Shown: positions 35,465 through 44,386 of the stretch, piece by piece
Layout of the letters: every line of letters begins with the position of its first letter
Position numbering within the stretch: position 1 is the first letter of the stretch
Origin: Candidatus Eiseniibacteriota bacterium
Lineage (GTDB): Bacteria; Eisenbacteria; RBG-16-71-46; JABDJR01
Reading direction: 5' to 3'
DNA length: 64,000 nt
Assembly (NCBI GenBank): GCA_963783375.1
Contig: CAWANH010000028.1
Location: 288,001 to 352,000, forward strand
The notes under the pieces: generated by a model
The model's input: only the letters and a program-made list of their open reading frames with translations
The model's database searches: none
Told to the model about the DNA's origin: nothing
Translations under genes and position numbers: made by a program

Positions 35465-37443
35465 CAGCGGCCTCCCCCGAAGAGCACGTAGCTCATGATG
35501 AGGATGGCCCCCACCATGATGGCGGCCGCGTAGTTCCCGGTGAGCCCGGTCTGGATGGGCCGGAGGAATCCGCCGATCCCGCGCATCGCCTTCCCCGACC
35601 CGTTCACCAGGCCGTCGATGATCTCGACGTCGAAGATCTTCCACAGGAACCGGCTGATCGCCACCAGGGGCGTCACCACCGCCGCGTGGTAGATCTCGTC
35701 CACGTAGAACTTGTTCAGGAGAACCCGGTACATGCCGGCGAAGCGCGCCCCCATGGCCTTGGCCCGCTCCGGCTTGACCACGTAGTTCTGCCAGCCCCAC
35801 CACACCCCGATCACCGCGATGGCCACCGAGACCGCGAGCAGCACCAGCTCCAGCCCCATGCCGTGACCCGCGGCCTCGGCCGCGTGCCCGGCCGCCTCGG
35901 CGCCGTGGCCCGCCGCCGCTTCACCCGAAGCGGCGTGCGCCCCCACCACCGGTCCCAGCCAGCGGTGCATGACGTTCAGCTTCAGGGCGAAGGGGAGGCC
36001 GAGAAAGCCCCCCACGGTGGAGAGAACGGCCAGGAGCACCAGGGGAACGGTCATCACCGAGGGCGATTCCTTGGCGTTCTCGTGGATGTGGCGGTCGCGG
36101 GGCTTTCCGTAGAAGGTCATGGCCACCGCGCGGGTGATGTAGAACGCGGTCAACAGCGCCGCCGCCGCGCCCAGCACCCAGAGCACCTTCCCCAGGGGCC
36201 CCAGGAGCCCCGAGGTGAAGGTGTTGTAGAGGATCTCGTCCTTGGAGAAGAACCCGGCGAATATCGGCACGCCGGCCAGGGCCAGGGACCCGATCACGAA
36301 GGTGGTGCGGGTGACGGGCATCTTGGAGCCGAGCCCGCCCATCTTCCGCATGTCCTGCTCGTGGTGGCAGGCCTCGATCACGGATCCCGAGCCGAGGAAG
36401 AGGAGCGCCTTGAAGAAGGCGTGAGTCATGAGGTGGAAGATGGCGGCCACGAAGGCCCCCGCCCCCACCGCCATGAACATGTAGCCGAGCTGGGACACCG
36501 TGGAGTAAGCCAGGACGCGCTTGATGTCGTTCTGGACCAACCCGATCGAGGCGGCAAAGATCGCGGTGAGCGCGCCGACCACCCCGACCACCGCCAGCGC
36601 GGCGGGGGCCAGCATGAAGAGGCTCGAGGCCCGGACGAAGAGGTACACCCCCGCGGTCACCATGGTGGCGGCGTGGATCAGGGCCGAAACCGGGGTGGGG
36701 CCTTCCATGGCGTCGGGGAGCCAGACATAGAGGGGAAGCTGGGCCGACTTCCCGGTGGCGCCCAGGAAGAAGAGGAGCGCGATGACGGTGGGGAGCGCGG
36801 CCCCCACCGCGAAGACCTCGGGGGCCCGCTGGAAGACCTCGGTGAAGGTCAACGAGCCCAGGTTCCAGTACAGGAGGAACATCCCGATCAGCACCCCGAA
36901 GTCGCCGATCCGGTTCACGATGAAGGCCTTCTTGCCGGCGTTGGCGGCGGAGTCCTTGGTGTACCAGAAGCCGATCAGGAGATAGGAGCAGAGGCCCACC
37001 CCCTCCCAGCCCACGAAGAGCAGGAGGAAGTTGTCCGCCAGAACCAGGGTCAGCATGGCGAACATGAAGAGGTTCAGGTAGGTGAAGTAGCGCTTGTACC
37101 CCGGGTCGTGAGCCATGTAGCCGATGCTGTAGACGTGGATGAGGAAGCCCACCCCGGCCACCACCAGGGCCATGACCGCGGAGAGCTGGTCCCACTGGAA
37201 GGCCACGTCGACCCGGAAGGATCCGACGGCGATCCACGGGAAGAGGCTCTTCACCACCAGCCGCTCCCCCTCGGGAAGAGCGCGAAGCCCGAAGAAGGCC
37301 CCGGCGGCCAACAGGAAGGCCGCCCCCACCGTGGCGCAGGCCAGGTAGCCGGCCAGCTTGCGGGGCATCCACTTGAGCCCCAGGCCGTTCACCAGGAAGC
37401 CCGCCAGGGGCAACAAAGGAATGAGCCAGAATGCGTTCAACAC
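35464..37443 (-). CDS. nuoL: NADH-quinone oxidoreductase subunit L
   Basis: Motifs GWEGVGLCSYLLIGFW, NRIGD, GKSAQLPLYVWLPDAMEGPTPVSALIHAATM and HAFFKALLF. Confidence 0.96.
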   Translation of the reverse strand: MLNAFWLIPLLPLAGFLVNGLGLKWMPRKLAGYLACATVGAAFLLAAGAFFGLRALPEGERLVVKSLFPWIAVGSFRVDVAFQWDQLSAVMALVVAGVGFLIHVYSIGYMAHDPGYKRYFTYLNLFMFAMLTLVLADNFLLLFVGWEGVGLCSYLLIGFWYTKDSAANAGKKAFIVNRIGDFGVLIGMFLLYWNLGSLTFTEVFQRAPEVFAVGAALPTVIALLFFLGATGKSAQLPLYVWLPDAMEGPTPVSALIHAATMVTAGVYLFVRASSLFMLAPAALAVVGVVGALTAIFAASIGLVQNDIKRVLAYSTVSQLGYMFMAVGAGAFVAAIFHLMTHAFFKALLFLGSGSVIEACHHEQDMRKMGGLGSKMPVTRTTFVIGSLALAGVPIFAGFFSKDEILYNTFTSGLLGPLGKVLWVLGAAAALLTAFYITRAVAMTFYGKPRDRHIHENAKESPSVMTVPLVLLAVLSTVGGFLGLPFALKLNVMHRWLGPVVGAHAASGEAAAGHGAEAAGHAAEAAGHGMGLELVLLAVSVAIAVIGVWWGWQNYVVKPERAKAMGARFAGMYRVLLNKFYVDEIYHAAVVTPLVAISRFLWKIFDVEIIDGLVNGSGKAMRGIGGFLRPIQTGLTGNYAAAIMVGAILIMSYVLFGGGR

Positions 37444-37447
37444 CGCC

Positions 37448-37756
37448 CTACCCCTTCAGCAAGCTGACGTTGTTGATGTCCACCGTTCCCTTTTTGCGGA
37501 AGAGATCGATGATGATGGCCAGCCCGACCGAGACTTCGGCCGCCGCCACCGCCAGAACGAAGAAGACCAGCACCTGGCCGTCCATGGAACCCAGGGACCG
37601 CCCGAAGGCGACCAGGGAGATATTGGCCGCGTTGAGCATCAACTCGATGCACATGAAGATGACCAGGAGGTTCCGGCGGAAGAGCACCCCCATCACCCCG
37701 ATGGAGAAGAGCAGCCCGGCCAGGACCTGGAAGTAGCTCAACGGGACCGCCATCAC
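37448..37756 (-). CDS. nuoK: NADH-quinone oxidoreductase subunit K
   Basis: Motifs RRNLLVIFMCIELMLNA and VAAAEVSVGLA. Confidence 0.95.
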   Translation of the reverse strand: MMAVPLSYFQVLAGLLFSIGVMGVLFRRNLLVIFMCIELMLNAANISLVAFGRSLGSMDGQVLVFFVLAVAAAEVSVGLAIIIDLFRKKGTVDINNVSLLKG

Positions 37757-38298
37757 GAACCCTCCCCCGTTCCCACGTGTCCCTCGAGACCCCGTCCGTG
37801 ACGGCGGGTGATCGCCACCGCGCCCACGATCGCCACCAGGAGGAGGATCGAGGCCACCTCGAAGGGGAAAATGAACTTCTTGTAGAGCGTCAAGCCGACG
37901 TTCTGAACGCTGCCCATGTCCGCGCCGGCCGCCCCGTGGGTTCCGGTCAGGATCATGGTGACGGCCAGGAAGGCGGTCTCGGCGACCATCAGCCCGGCCA
38001 GGACCGCGGCCCCGATCCGCTTCCAGCCCGAGGGGATCCCCGCCCCCTCGCCCGACTCCTCGTACGACACGCTGAGAAGCATGATCACGAAGACGAAGAG
38101 CACCATGATCGCCCCGGCGTAGACGATGATCTGGAGCATGGCCAGAAACGGAGCCGAGAGCATGAGATAGAGCACGGCGGTGACGGCGAACACCCCCACC
38201 AGGCTCAGCGCGCTGTAGATGGCGCTCCGCTGGAGCACCACTGCCAGGGCGCCCGCGACCGCGAGAACGGCGAGCAGTATGAATGCGGCAATGGCCAC
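37753..38298 (-). CDS. nuoJ: NADH-quinone oxidoreductase subunit J
   Basis: Motifs QIIVYAGAIMVLFVFVIMLL and FEVASILLLVAIVGA. Confidence 0.95.
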   Translation of the reverse strand: MAIAAFILLAVLAVAGALAVVLQRSAIYSALSLVGVFAVTAVLYLMLSAPFLAMLQIIVYAGAIMVLFVFVIMLLSVSYEESGEGAGIPSGWKRIGAAVLAGLMVAETAFLAVTMILTGTHGAAGADMGSVQNVGLTLYKKFIFPFEVASILLLVAIVGAVAITRRHGRGLEGHVGTGEGS

Positions 38299-38402
38299 GT
38301 CGTTACCCCACCCGGCGGCCGGACGTCGCCGTCCGCCGCCTATTCCTCGGACCGGCCCCCCTCCCCCTCGCCCCATCGGGCGAAACCGGGGACGCGGCCG
38401 GT

Positions 38403-39404
38403 CTACCCTTTGAGAGCCAGAACCAGCGCCGTGGCGAAGATGTTGAGCAACGCCAACGGAAGCATGACCTTCCAGCCGAAACGCATGAGCTGATCGAAGC
38501 GGAAGCGGGGAAGGGTTCCCCGGGTCCACATCATGAAGAAGATGAGGATCCCCATCTTGGCCGCGAACCAGACCGGGGCCGTCCAGGCCGGAGCGGGCCA
38601 GGGCACGATCCAGCCCCCCAGGAAGAGCAGTGTGGCCATGGCGGTCACCGTGATCAGGTTCGCGTACTCGCCCAGGAAGTACATGGCGAAGCGCATGCCG
38701 CTGTACTCGGTGTGGTAGCCGGCCACCAGCTCCGGCTCCGCCTCGGGAAGGTCGAAGGGGATGCGGTTGATCTCCGCCATCGATCCGATCACGAACAGGA
38801 TGAACCCCACGGGCTGGTAGACCACCAGAGGCAGGTGCCGCTGGGCGTTCACGATGTCCACCAGGCTGAACGATCCGGTCAGCATCACCACCGAGACCAC
38901 CACCAGGCCCAGGGTGAGCTCGTAGGAGATCATCTGGGCCGAGGAGCGAAGCCCGCCCATCAGGGCGTACTTGTTGTTGGAGGACCAGCCGCCCAGGAAG
39001 ATCCCGTACACCCCGATGCTGGACAGGGCCAGAACGAAGAGAAGGGCCACGTTGATGTCGGTGATGTGGAGCGGCACCTCGCGCCCGAAAAGATGGATGG
39101 AATCCCCGAAGGGGATCACCGCGAAGGTGAGAAGCGCGGGAACCAGGGAGAAGATGGGGGCGAGCAGGAAGAGCAGCCGGTCCGCCGCCTCCGGGATCAC
39201 CGTCTCCTTGGTCATGAGCTTCAGGGCGTCGGCCGCGGGCTGGAAGACGCCCTGGGGCCCCACCCGGTTGGGACCGACGCGGGACTGCATGTGGGCCAGC
39301 ACCCGGCGCTCGATCAACACCATGTAGGCCACGGCGGTCAACACCACGAGGAAGACCACCACCGCCTTGACGACCACCTCAACCCACCAGTCGATCGTCA
39401 CCAC
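38403..39404 (-). CDS. nuoH: NADH-quinone oxidoreductase subunit H
   Basis: Motifs ERRVLAHMQSRVGPNRVG, GGLRSSAQMISYE, NRIPFDLPEAEPELVAGYHTEYSG and PRFRFDQLM. Confidence 0.96.
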   Translation of the reverse strand: MVTIDWWVEVVVKAVVVFLVVLTAVAYMVLIERRVLAHMQSRVGPNRVGPQGVFQPAADALKLMTKETVIPEAADRLLFLLAPIFSLVPALLTFAVIPFGDSIHLFGREVPLHITDINVALLFVLALSSIGVYGIFLGGWSSNNKYALMGGLRSSAQMISYELTLGLVVVSVVMLTGSFSLVDIVNAQRHLPLVVYQPVGFILFVIGSMAEINRIPFDLPEAEPELVAGYHTEYSGMRFAMYFLGEYANLITVTAMATLLFLGGWIVPWPAPAWTAPVWFAAKMGILIFFMMWTRGTLPRFRFDQLMRFGWKVMLPLALLNIFATALVLALKG

Positions 39405-40699
39405 GCCACCTCACAGAGCTGCGCCCCGTGGGGGCACCCGCTTTCCACGTGCGCCTCGTACTCGGCGCGGAACTTCCTGACGCTGCTGATCACCGGCCCC
39501 ACCGCCCCGTCGGCCAGGGCGCAGATGGTGCGGCCGCCCCCCATCTCGCTGGCGATATCCAGGAGGAGGTCGATCTCCTCCGGCTTGGCCCCTCCGTGCT
39601 CGAACCGGTGGAGGATCCGTTCGGTCCAGTGGGTCCCTTCCCGGCACGGCGTGCACTGCCCGCAGGATTCGTGGGCGAAGAACTGGGTGAGGACCAGGGC
39701 CACATGAACCAGGCAGGTGGAATCATCCATGACCACCACCGCGGTCGACCCCATGGCCGAGCCGGCCTTGGCGATGGAGTCGTAGTCCAGGGGGACGTCG
39801 ATCTCGTCCGCGGTGAGGATCGGGGTCGAAGCCCCGCCGGGGATGACCGCCTTCAGGGCCCGGCCGTTCAGCATCCCCCCGCAATGGTCGAAGATGAGCT
39901 CCCGCAGGGTCGTCTTTCCCATCTCCAGCTCGTAGGTCCCCGGCCGGGCCACGTGGCCGCTCACCGCGAAGATGCGGGGGCCGCTGGAATTGGGAGCGCC
40001 GGTCTCCGCGAACCACTTGCCGCCCTTCAGGATGATGGCGGGGACCGAGGCGAGGGTCTCCACGTTGTTGATCACGGTGGGGCCTCCGTAGAGCCCGACC
40101 ACCGCCGGGAAGGGGGGCTTGAGCCTCGGGTGGCCGCGCTTCCCTTCCAGGGAGTCCAGCAGCCCGGTTTCCTCCCCGCAGATGTAGGCCCCGGCCCCGG
40201 CATAGACCGCGAGGTCGCAGTCGTACCCGCTCCCCAGGATGTTCTTCCCCAGGTAGCCGGCCTCGTAGGCCTCGTGGACCGCCTCCGAGACCCGGCGGAT
40301 GGGGAGTCCGTACTCCCCGCGAATATAGATGTAGGCCTGGCGGCTGCGGATCGCGTAGGCGGCGAGGACGCACCCCTCGATCAGCAGGTGCGGATCGCGC
40401 TCCAGGATGACCCGGTCCTTGAAGGTGCCCGGCTCCGACTCGTCGGCGTTGCACACAACGTACTTGGGCTTGTCGATGTTCTGGGGAACGAAACCCCATT
40501 TCATGCCCGCGGGGAATCCGGCGCCACCCCGTCCACGGAGACCGGAGTCCTTGACCACCTGGATGACCTCGTCGGGCTTCATCCCGGCCACGACCTTGCG
40601 GAGCGCCTGATAGGCCCCGTTCTCCTCGGCCACCTTCAGGGTGAAGGAGCGGGGCTTGTCCGCGTTCGCGGTGGTGACCTGCATGAACCCGCCCATCAC
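39398..40699 (-). CDS. nuoF: NADH-quinone oxidoreductase subunit F (FMN, NADH, cluster N3)
   Basis: Motifs GLRGRGGAGF, NADESEPGTFKD, GAGAYICGEET, NNVET and ESCGQCTPCREG..TICAL. Confidence 0.96.
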   Translation of the reverse strand: MMGGFMQVTTANADKPRSFTLKVAEENGAYQALRKVVAGMKPDEVIQVVKDSGLRGRGGAGFPAGMKWGFVPQNIDKPKYVVCNADESEPGTFKDRVILERDPHLLIEGCVLAAYAIRSRQAYIYIRGEYGLPIRRVSEAVHEAYEAGYLGKNILGSGYDCDLAVYAGAGAYICGEETGLLDSLEGKRGHPRLKPPFPAVVGLYGGPTVINNVETLASVPAIILKGGKWFAETGAPNSSGPRIFAVSGHVARPGTYELEMGKTTLRELIFDHCGGMLNGRALKAVIPGGASTPILTADEIDVPLDYDSIAKAGSAMGSTAVVVMDDSTCLVHVALVLTQFFAHESCGQCTPCREGTHWTERILHRFEHGGAKPEEIDLLLDIASEMGGGRTICALADGAVGPVISSVRKFRAEYEAHVESGCPHGAQLCEVAW

Positions 40700-41373
40700 T
40701 TCCCCTCCTCGCTCTCATCGGTGGAGGCGGGCACCGCCGGGTCCCCGGGACCCTTCCCGTTCCCCCCGGGGGCGGGAGGCACGGCCAGGAACCGGGTGAT
40801 CGCCTCGCTGGCGGTGGGCACGGAGCGGCCGTCGCTTCCCCGCTCCCACTTCGCCCCATCCTTCTCGTAGTACCCGGCGGGGGCCACCGGGGGCTCCTGG
40901 TCCTTGGCCAGGGCATCCAGAATCCCATCCACCTGCTCGCGGGTCAGGTTCTCATAGAAATACGGCCCGATCTGCATCATGGGGGCGTAGCCGCAGGCCC
41001 CCAGGCACTCGGCCTCGAGGAGGGTGAACTTCCCGTCGGGGGTGGTCTCCCCGGCCTTGATCCCCAGCCGGTCCTCGATGTGGGCCAACATCTTCAGGGA
41101 GCCCCGAAGGGCGCAGGAGAGGTTCCGGCAGACCTCGAGCTTGTAGCGGCCGACCGGCTCCCGGTCGAACATGGTGTAGAAGCCGACCACCTCGGTGGTG
41201 GTGTTGCGCGGGAGCTCCAGGAGATCCGCGACCTCGATCAGGGTGTCGTCGTCGAGACACCCGCGATCGGCCTGGGCGTAGTGCAGGGCCGGCATGACCG
41301 CGGAGCGACGCTGGGGGAACCGGTCCCTGAGCTCGCGAATCCTGGCCTGGGTCGCCGCCGAAAGCTTTGCCAT
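40696..41373 (-). CDS. nuoE: NADH-quinone oxidoreductase subunit E (cluster N1a)
   Basis: Motifs VVGFYTMF, CRNLSC and ECLGACGYAP; C-terminal extension. Confidence 0.95.
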   Translation of the reverse strand: MAKLSAATQARIRELRDRFPQRRSAVMPALHYAQADRGCLDDDTLIEVADLLELPRNTTTEVVGFYTMFDREPVGRYKLEVCRNLSCALRGSLKMLAHIEDRLGIKAGETTPDGKFTLLEAECLGACGYAPMMQIGPYFYENLTREQVDGILDALAKDQEPPVAPAGYYEKDGAKWERGSDGRSVPTASEAITRFLAVPPAPGGNGKGPGDPAVPASTDESEEGK

Positions 41374-41476
41374 GTCGTCTCTTCCTCGAGGCCGGGGACC
41401 GCCCCGGCCTTCCCCCACCACCCGTCGGGCATGGCGCGGGATCCGATCGGGACCGCCCGTCCGGCGGCGCCGGTCG

Positions 41477-42106
41477 TCAGTCCTTGAGCGTGTCGATGCC
41501 GACCGGGAAACCGGTCAGCGGGAAATCCTTGCGCAGCGGGTGATGCTCGTAGTCGTCGGGCATAAGGATGCGGCGCAGGTCGGGGTGTCCGCGGAACCGG
41601 ATCCCCATGAGGTCGTAGACCTCGCGTTCAGCGTAGTCGGCCCCGGTCCAGATCCCCACCACCGAGTCGATCTCCGGCGCCTCGCCGGGGAGGGGGCACT
41701 TCACCCGGAAGCGCACCGCCTTGTCCAGGTTGAGGAGGTGGTACACCACCATGAACCGGGGCTCCGCGGGGTAGAGGTCGACCGAGGTGACGTCGTGGCA
41801 CATGCGGTAGTTCCAGGTGTCCCGCAGGAACTTCATGATCTCGAGGATCCGCTCGGGCTTCACGACCACGGTCCACTCGTCCCGGAAGACGATGATCTGG
41901 AGGAACTCCGGTCCGAACGCCTCGCGGATCGCCAAGGCGGTGCGCTCGGCGAAGGGAAGCTCGGCGTCGGTGGACACGTGGGGCGCGCCCGATTCCGGCA
42001 CGGGCTCGGCGCCGGGGACGGGCCCCACCCCGTAGGCCTCGAGCCCGGCCGGGGTCCCGTCCTTCATCCAACGCTTTCCTTGTGGATCCCTTGACTCAGG
42101 CTTCAC
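41477..42106 (-). CDS. nuoC: NADH-quinone oxidoreductase subunit C (stand-alone, not fused to D)
   Basis: Motifs DVTSVD, RFMVVYHL, EREVYDLMGIRFRGHPDLRRILMP and HPLRKDFP; SD AGGAG. Confidence 0.95.
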   Translation of the reverse strand: MKPESRDPQGKRWMKDGTPAGLEAYGVGPVPGAEPVPESGAPHVSTDAELPFAERTALAIREAFGPEFLQIIVFRDEWTVVVKPERILEIMKFLRDTWNYRMCHDVTSVDLYPAEPRFMVVYHLLNLDKAVRFRVKCPLPGEAPEIDSVVGIWTGADYAEREVYDLMGIRFRGHPDLRRILMPDDYEHHPLRKDFPLTGFPVGIDTLKD

Positions 42107-42494
42107 GGCGGGTCTCCTGCATCAGCTGGCCACGGCCCCGGTTCCAGTCCAGGGCGCCCATCCGCCAGACGTAGATGTACCCGACCAGGAGGAAACCCAG
42201 GAAGACCAGCATCTCCAGGAAGAAGAAAAGAGCCTGGGTCCTGAAGATCACCGCCCATGGAAAGAGAAAGACGGTCTCCAGATCGAAAACGATGAACAGC
42301 ATGGCCACCACGTAGAACCGGACGCTGAATCGCTCCCGGGCGTCCCCCACCGGAGGCATTCCACACTCGTAGGGACTGTCCTTGGACGCGTCGGGCTTGG
42401 TGGGGGCCAGAAGCCACGCGATGATGAGGGCCACGGCGGCGAACCCCCCGGCAATCACCATCATGATGAGGATGGGAATGTAGGCTTGTAGCAT
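42096..42494 (-). CDS. nuoA: NADH-quinone oxidoreductase subunit A
   Basis: Motifs PYECG, FSVRFYVVAMLFIVFDLETVFLFPW and GALDW. Confidence 0.96.
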   Translation of the reverse strand: MLQAYIPILIMMVIAGGFAAVALIIAWLLAPTKPDASKDSPYECGMPPVGDARERFSVRFYVVAMLFIVFDLETVFLFPWAVIFRTQALFFFLEMLVFLGFLLVGYIYVWRMGALDWNRGRGQLMQETRREA

Positions 42495-42561
42495 GGCGCG
42501 GTCCTTGGAGACACCCCCCGCCCGATGGGTCCCGGGGCGCGGGTAACTCGCTGTGACAGAC

Positions 42562-42587
42562 TCGCTTGTGAAACTTTGCACAAGCGA
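42562..42587. promoter_or_regulatory. Rex-type operator upstream of nuoA
   Basis: TTGTGAAACTTTGCACAA (42566-42583) differs from the Rex consensus TTGTGAAN4TTCACAA at one position; the dyad is extended by TCGC/GCGA flanks. Confidence 0.75.
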
Positions 42588-42593
42588 TGGAGG

Positions 42594-42622
42594 AGTCTAG
42601 GTCCATGACTTGGGAGTGTCAA
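42594..42622 (-). promoter_or_regulatory. Sigma70-type promoter of the nuo operon
   Basis: TTGACA (42622-42617), 17-nt spacer, TAGACT (42599-42594). Confidence 0.8.
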
Positions 42623-42844
42623 TCGGATTCTGGTTATCCATGTTCGCAATAACGGACGGGGCGCCCGCTGAAGACCGGATTCGCTTGGTTTTGTAAGGGT
42701 GTCCGACACTCGAGACAGCACCGCAATTGTGCGACTCAATCGATTTATTGTTTACAAACATGGCCTGAAATGCCATACTCCCGCAAGTATTCCGACACCA
42801 CGAGCGAGTCGCCCGCTTCCGGCATTGCATCTCAGGGAGGCCCC

Positions 42845-43459
42845 ATGCTTCGCACCATTGCTGCCAGTATCCTCGTGATCGTCTGCGCGCCGGCCCTGGC
42901 CACGCCGTCCTCCGCGTCGGATCTGATCCTACGCGCACGTTGCGCCGATCCCGCCGACTACACCGAGTCGGGCACGTGGATCGACTCCGACGCCAGCGCC
43001 ATGATCTCCGGCGGGCCGGGCTGCACCGTGGGATCCCGCTCTACGACCCAATCCGGCGCCTACGCCGAGTTCTCGCCTCACACGAACGAGCCGGGCGAGT
43101 ACATGGTCTACGTGTGCTGGGGAGCCTTCAACAAGACCGCGGGGACCAACAAGGGCCCCAACGCCGACAACGTCACCTTCTCCATCACCGACGAGAACGG
43201 CAGCCGGAGCGTGGTTCTGAACCAGCGCGGCGAGCACGGTTGCTCCAACCACAACGAAGACCAGTGGATTCAGATCGGGATCGGGACCTTCAAGCCGGAC
43301 GGCTCGGCCACGGTGCGGATGACCAACACCGCCACCGGCCAGTGCCATAACGGCGCCAACAAGCGCTATGCGAACATGGACGCGGTGGAACTGGTGTTCC
43401 TGACCCCGCTTCCCACCGAGCCCACCTCCTGGAGCCTCTTGAAGCAGCTCTATCGCTAG
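42845..43459 (+). CDS. Secreted protein with golvesin/Xly-CBD-like beta-sandwich and C-terminal SWxxxKxxY tail
   Basis: Signal peptide; GEYMVYVCW...VVLNQR..WIQIG.GTF...MDAVEL; ends PTEPTSWSLLKQLYR; SD GGAGG. Confidence 0.75.
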   Translation: MLRTIAASILVIVCAPALATPSSASDLILRARCADPADYTESGTWIDSDASAMISGGPGCTVGSRSTTQSGAYAEFSPHTNEPGEYMVYVCWGAFNKTAGTNKGPNADNVTFSITDENGSRSVVLNQRGEHGCSNHNEDQWIQIGIGTFKPDGSATVRMTNTATGQCHNGANKRYANMDAVELVFLTPLPTEPTSWSLLKQLYR

Positions 43460-43604
43460 TTCTCCCCCAGGAGACCCGGCCCAACCACGGTCGACCGAGA
43501 GGACCCCACCATCCGCGGGGGCCGGCCCCGATCCGGTGGCCGTTCCCCCACGCAGGTTCCTTCCCCGGGGGAGCGTCCCCGACCACCCCCCGCTCGGCTT
43601 CCCC

Positions 43605-44216
43605 CTACTTCCCAGGACCCCGGAAGGCGTCGAGATCTTCGGGGCGGTTCACGTTCCCGAGCCTCCACCCGGCGGCCCCACCCTCCACCGTTCCCCCGGT
43701 CTTCACCGTCCGGACCGAGGCCGCATCGAGGACGGCCATGAGGGCGGGGGCCGGACAGAGCCCCTCGATGTCCGCGGCCAGGGACCGGTGGTAGAGGCCG
43801 GGAAGAGGGTGACGGCGGCCCCCGGCCTCCTCGAAGCAGAACGCGCGGGGGCCTCCGCCGGCGGGAGGCGACCCGGCCCGTTCCAGAAGCGCCCGGAGGA
43901 GGGAGGCGTCCACCCCCGGCATGTCGGCGCCGAGCACCAGGGCCCAGGGCCGGGCCGAGGCGGCGAGCGCCGCCCGGAGCCCCCCGGCGGGGCCGCACCC
44001 CGCGTTCTCGGCCAACACGAAGGCCAGGGCATGGTCCCGGTAGGGAACGGGGTCGCGGGCCACCACGCGGGGGTTCAGGCCGAGGCCTCGGAGGGCGCGA
44101 AGGGCATGGGCGAGCAGGGGCCGCCCCCGATACGTCGCGAGCGCCTTGTTCGAGCCGAAGCGGGTGGAACCGCCTCCGGCCAGAACGAACCCCTCCAGCC
44201 ATTCCGAGATCATCAT
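43605..44216 (-). CDS. mobA: Molybdenum cofactor guanylyltransferase
   Basis: Motifs LAGGGSTRFGSNKA, GPAGGL, GADMP, HPLPGLY and NVNRPEDL. Confidence 0.9.
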   Translation of the reverse strand: MMISEWLEGFVLAGGGSTRFGSNKALATYRGRPLLAHALRALRGLGLNPRVVARDPVPYRDHALAFVLAENAGCGPAGGLRAALAASARPWALVLGADMPGVDASLLRALLERAGSPPAGGGPRAFCFEEAGGRRHPLPGLYHRSLAADIEGLCPAPALMAVLDAASVRTVKTGGTVEGGAAGWRLGNVNRPEDLDAFRGPGK

Positions 44217-44386
44217 GCTTCTCCCCGGGTGCGGGACGCCGTGCTCCCGCCGCCGCCGGCGGAGACCGGCCGCCGGGGCGCCCCGATGCGGCCGAGACCG
44301 CTGCCCGGCGGACTGGTAGACTACCAGCCCGTTGAATCACCGGGCCGCTCACGGGTGGTCCTGGCCCCGGGTGAGGAGGGTAGGCC

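Noticed and set aside
38299-38402. nuoI remnant or ncRNA in the nuoH-nuoJ gap
   Set aside because: No ferredoxin Cys motif; only short GC hairpins, which are common at this GC content.
41374-41476. nuoD remnant in the nuoC-nuoE gap
   Set aside because: The 103-nt GC-rich spacer has no NuoD-like peptide in the frames examined.
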